DNA of 64,000 nucleotides from Spirochaetota bacterium (GTDB lineage: Bacteria; Spirochaetota; UBA12135; COTS27; JAFLEE01): positions 5,162 through 69,161 of the forward strand of contig JAFLEE010000016.1 of NCBI GenBank assembly GCA_017302015.1. The letters run 5' to 3'. The notes below the pieces were generated by a model that was given only the letters and a program-made list of their open reading frames with translations, ran no database searches and was not told where the DNA came from. Of this stretch, positions 61,900 through 64,000 are shown piece by piece (the first letter of the stretch is position 1; each line of letters starts with the position of its first letter). A program made the translations under genes and the position numbers.

Positions 61900-62576
61900 C
61901 GGGCGGGGGGGCGGCCGGCTTCCCCCGGGGCGCGGTCGAGGACGCGGAGCACCGCCACGAGGCCGACGGTCGACAACACCAGGAAGAGCGGCCCGAAGAC
62001 CCAGAAGACGAGGGGCACGAGGAAATAGAAGGCGCGCATGCCGATGCTGTAGAAGCGCCCGGCGCGGTTGAGTTGGCGGGCGACGTGGGCCGGGGTGATC
62101 TCGGGATGCCCCAGGGAGAGCGGCACGTTGATCAGGTAGCCCACGTGGTTGAAGAGGCGCACCGACATCGAGAACGCGAAGAAGGCGGCGAAGAGATCGA
62201 GCAGGACGAGGAGCAATTTGGGCATCCACGGACCCGCCGCGCCGGCTTGGATCAGGCCGAGTTCGCCCCAGGCGCGGGCGATCTTGTCGGCCTGGCCGGT
62301 GAGGCTGAGCACGCCGATGATGAGGAGCACCGCGGTGGAGGCCAGGAAGGTGGCCGCCATGGTGGAATTGCGCAGCGTCTGCACGGCGAGCACCTCTTTG
62401 CCGGGCTCGGTCATGATGGATTCCACCCACGCCGTGCGCGCGAGGCGATTGACCGCCTGGACGGTGAAGGCGGGGTGGCGGCGCACCTTCAGGCGCAGCC
62501 AGAGGTGGTAGGCGGCCAGGAGGAGGGCGCTGGCGGCGAGGGCGATGATTTCATTCCAAGGCTCGAGGGCGGTCAT
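61896..62576 (-). CDS. DUF599-family integral membrane protein
   Basis: Multi-transmembrane 226-aa ORF: MTALEPWNEIIALAASALLLAAYHLWLRL... Confidence 0.7.
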   Translation of the reverse strand: MTALEPWNEIIALAASALLLAAYHLWLRLKVRRHPAFTVQAVNRLARTAWVESIMTEPGKEVLAVQTLRNSTMAATFLASTAVLLIIGVLSLTGQADKIARAWGELGLIQAGAAGPWMPKLLLVLLDLFAAFFAFSMSVRLFNHVGYLINVPLSLGHPEITPAHVARQLNRAGRFYSIGMRAFYFLVPLVFWVFGPLFLVLSTVGLVAVLRVLDRAPGEAGRPPAR

Positions 62577-62624
62577 GGGATCTCCAGGTTCGTTCTCGCG
62601 CGGGGGCTCGGGCGGGAACCCGCC

Positions 62625-63509
62625 TCAGGGTTCGCGATGGAAGGATCTTCCATCCCACCCGTAATGCGCCCGTTCGCGCGCGGCGTTTCGGACATTCGTC
62701 GAGGTGAGGGCCTCGAAGGGCAGGCCCTCCACCGCCAGGAGCCCGGCGGCGCCGTAGAGTTGGTCGGGGAAGAGGACGCGATACCCCGCATCTTCCGCGC
62801 CGGCGGCGAGGCCGAACGCCCCGACGGCGAGGGTGAGCGGCGCCCCATCGAGGACCATCAACCACTCGCCGCTGGGCGCCGCGCCCAGGGGATCGTGGAA
62901 GCCCAGACGGAGCAGGTTCGGCGCCGGTTCGAGGCCGCTTGCCCGGAAGATCTCGCCCCAAAGCGTGTGCCGCGGCGCGCGTTGACTCGGCGAATCGAAG
63001 ACGGTGAAGGCGAGGCGCTGGGTGATCTTTCCGCCCCGGATGGCGCGGAGTTCGGCGGTTTTTCCCCAGCCCCGGGTTTGGTTGCTCAGGAAGCCGAGCA
63101 TCAGGAACTCGTTGGTGCCATCGCGGTCGACATCATAAACGAGGGTGACCTTGGCCAAGAGGCCGCCCCAAAGCCAGCCCTTGGCCATGCCCCGGGCGCC
63201 GGTGGAGAGGATCTCCGCTTCGCCCCGGACCTGGTACCACGGCTCGCGCAGGCCCCGCTGCTCCAGGGAGTCTTCCTCGCGGCCCCGGGAGAGGATCTCC
63301 ACCGGCGTGCCGATCTTCAGGGCCGCGGCGACCGTCCCCCCTGTGGAGGCTTCCCGGCGGATATTCAGGCGGTCGCCGAAGGCGTAGGCCGTGGCGCCGG
63401 GTTCGAAGGTCCCGGCGATGAAATTGCTGCAGGAGAGGACGGCGTTGGACTGGGGGCTCGCGGCCTGCACCCAGAGGAGCAGCGCGAGGTGGGGAAAGGG
63501 AATCTTCAT
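62625..63509 (-). CDS. secreted hypothetical protein (possible SH3-like N-terminal domain)
   Basis: Signal peptide MKIPFPHLALLLWVQAASPQ. The stretch AYAFGDRLNIRREASTGGTVAAALKIGTPVEILS...WYQV is SH3b-like. The rest I cannot assign. Confidence 0.45.
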   Translation of the reverse strand: MKIPFPHLALLLWVQAASPQSNAVLSCSNFIAGTFEPGATAYAFGDRLNIRREASTGGTVAAALKIGTPVEILSRGREEDSLEQRGLREPWYQVRGEAEILSTGARGMAKGWLWGGLLAKVTLVYDVDRDGTNEFLMLGFLSNQTRGWGKTAELRAIRGGKITQRLAFTVFDSPSQRAPRHTLWGEIFRASGLEPAPNLLRLGFHDPLGAAPSGEWLMVLDGAPLTLAVGAFGLAAGAEDAGYRVLFPDQLYGAAGLLAVEGLPFEALTSTNVRNAARERAHYGWDGRSFHREP

Positions 63510-63593
63510 GGCCGCTCGATCCCTTCTTTATAGTCTGGGAGCGCGGCCCCTGGCAAGCCTCCCTCCCCCGAGACCGAGGTGACAGGCGGTGCC

Positions 63594-64000
63594 CTACTCA
63601 GCCGCGGCCGTGGCCCGTTTCGGCAAGCGCGAAACGAGGGCGAGGCTGGCAAGGGCCGCGGGGATGCCGACCAGGAAGGCCCATTGGTAGCCGAGGGTTT
63701 TCCACAGGATCCCCCCCACCAGGGGCATGGAAACCGCGGCGATGTGGTTCATGGCGACCCCCATGGAAAAGACCGCGGTATGCTCGGCCTTCGGGGCCAG
63801 GCGGCCCACGTAGGTCGAGAACGCCGTGGTGCAGACGCCGAGGAACCCGTCGAATAGGAAGATGGCGTAGAGCAGGTATTTCGTGGTGACGAAGGCGTAG
63901 CCGCAGAAGAGGCCGATGAGCACGGTGTTATAGAACGCGAGCACCGGGCGTTCCCCGATGCGGTCGATGAGGCGCCCCACGGGCCGCGCCGTGAAATAGC
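63594..64000 (-). CDS. MFS transporter (C-terminal part; N-terminus beyond the window edge)
   Basis: MFS loop motif GRLIDRIGERP followed by about four transmembrane helices. There is no in-frame stop between 63981 and 64000, so the gene continues past the edge. Confidence 0.7.
   Translation of the reverse strand, partial: YFTARPVGRLIDRIGERPVLAFYNTVLIGLFCGYAFVTTKYLLYAIFLFDGFLGVCTTAFSTYVGRLAPKAEHTAVFSMGVAMNHIAAVSMPLVGGILWKTLGYQWAFLVGIPAALASLALVSRLPKRATAAAE

Overview
High-G+C bacterial chromosomal window (by eye about two-thirds G+C, not computed), densely coding. I call 43 protein genes. By eye I found no rRNA, tRNA, CRISPR array, transposase or integrase. Family names come from motif recognition in the supplied translations; no database search was run. 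Gene content points to a PVC-superphylum genome, probably Verrucomicrobiota-like, though this is only an inference: a DUF1549/DUF1553 + DUF1501 pair, DUF1080, DUF4838, many secreted clan GH-A hydrolases, and five AraC plus GntR and LacI regulators. Most of the window is polysaccharide-utilisation accessory sequence. It includes a sialidase-like/NanA-like/GntR cluster, GH5-like, GH51-like and GH29 genes, and giant beta-helix proteins. Housekeeping-type genes are a DEAD-box helicase and a U32 family protein. The loci most worth follow-up: (1) A roughly 750-bp low-GC orphan region (39800-40545) is followed by a near-consensus promoter. That promoter drives an apparently leaderless DUF2089 zinc-ribbon/HTH gene, translationally coupled to a SHOCT-like + 20-residue-repeat beta-helix protein. 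(2) A two-gene double-activase / 2-hydroxyacyl-CoA-dehydratase-like (double-cubane-type) radical enzyme system of unknown substrate lies at 7351-12430. (3) At least six start codons sit 5-10 nt downstream of a -10 hexamer, mostly at transcription-factor genes, suggesting leaderless mRNAs. (4) An ADP-ribosylglycohydrolase-fold fusion protein sits in the sialidase cluster. (5) A complete-motif class D beta-lactamase is present. (6) A GH29 fucosidase is paired with a URO-D/MtaA-like gene. Several long ORFs in the track are antisense or alternate-frame artefacts of the GC content and were rejected. Many listed ORFs carry spurious N-terminal extensions, which I trimmed using Shine-Dalgarno, promoter and signal-peptide evidence.
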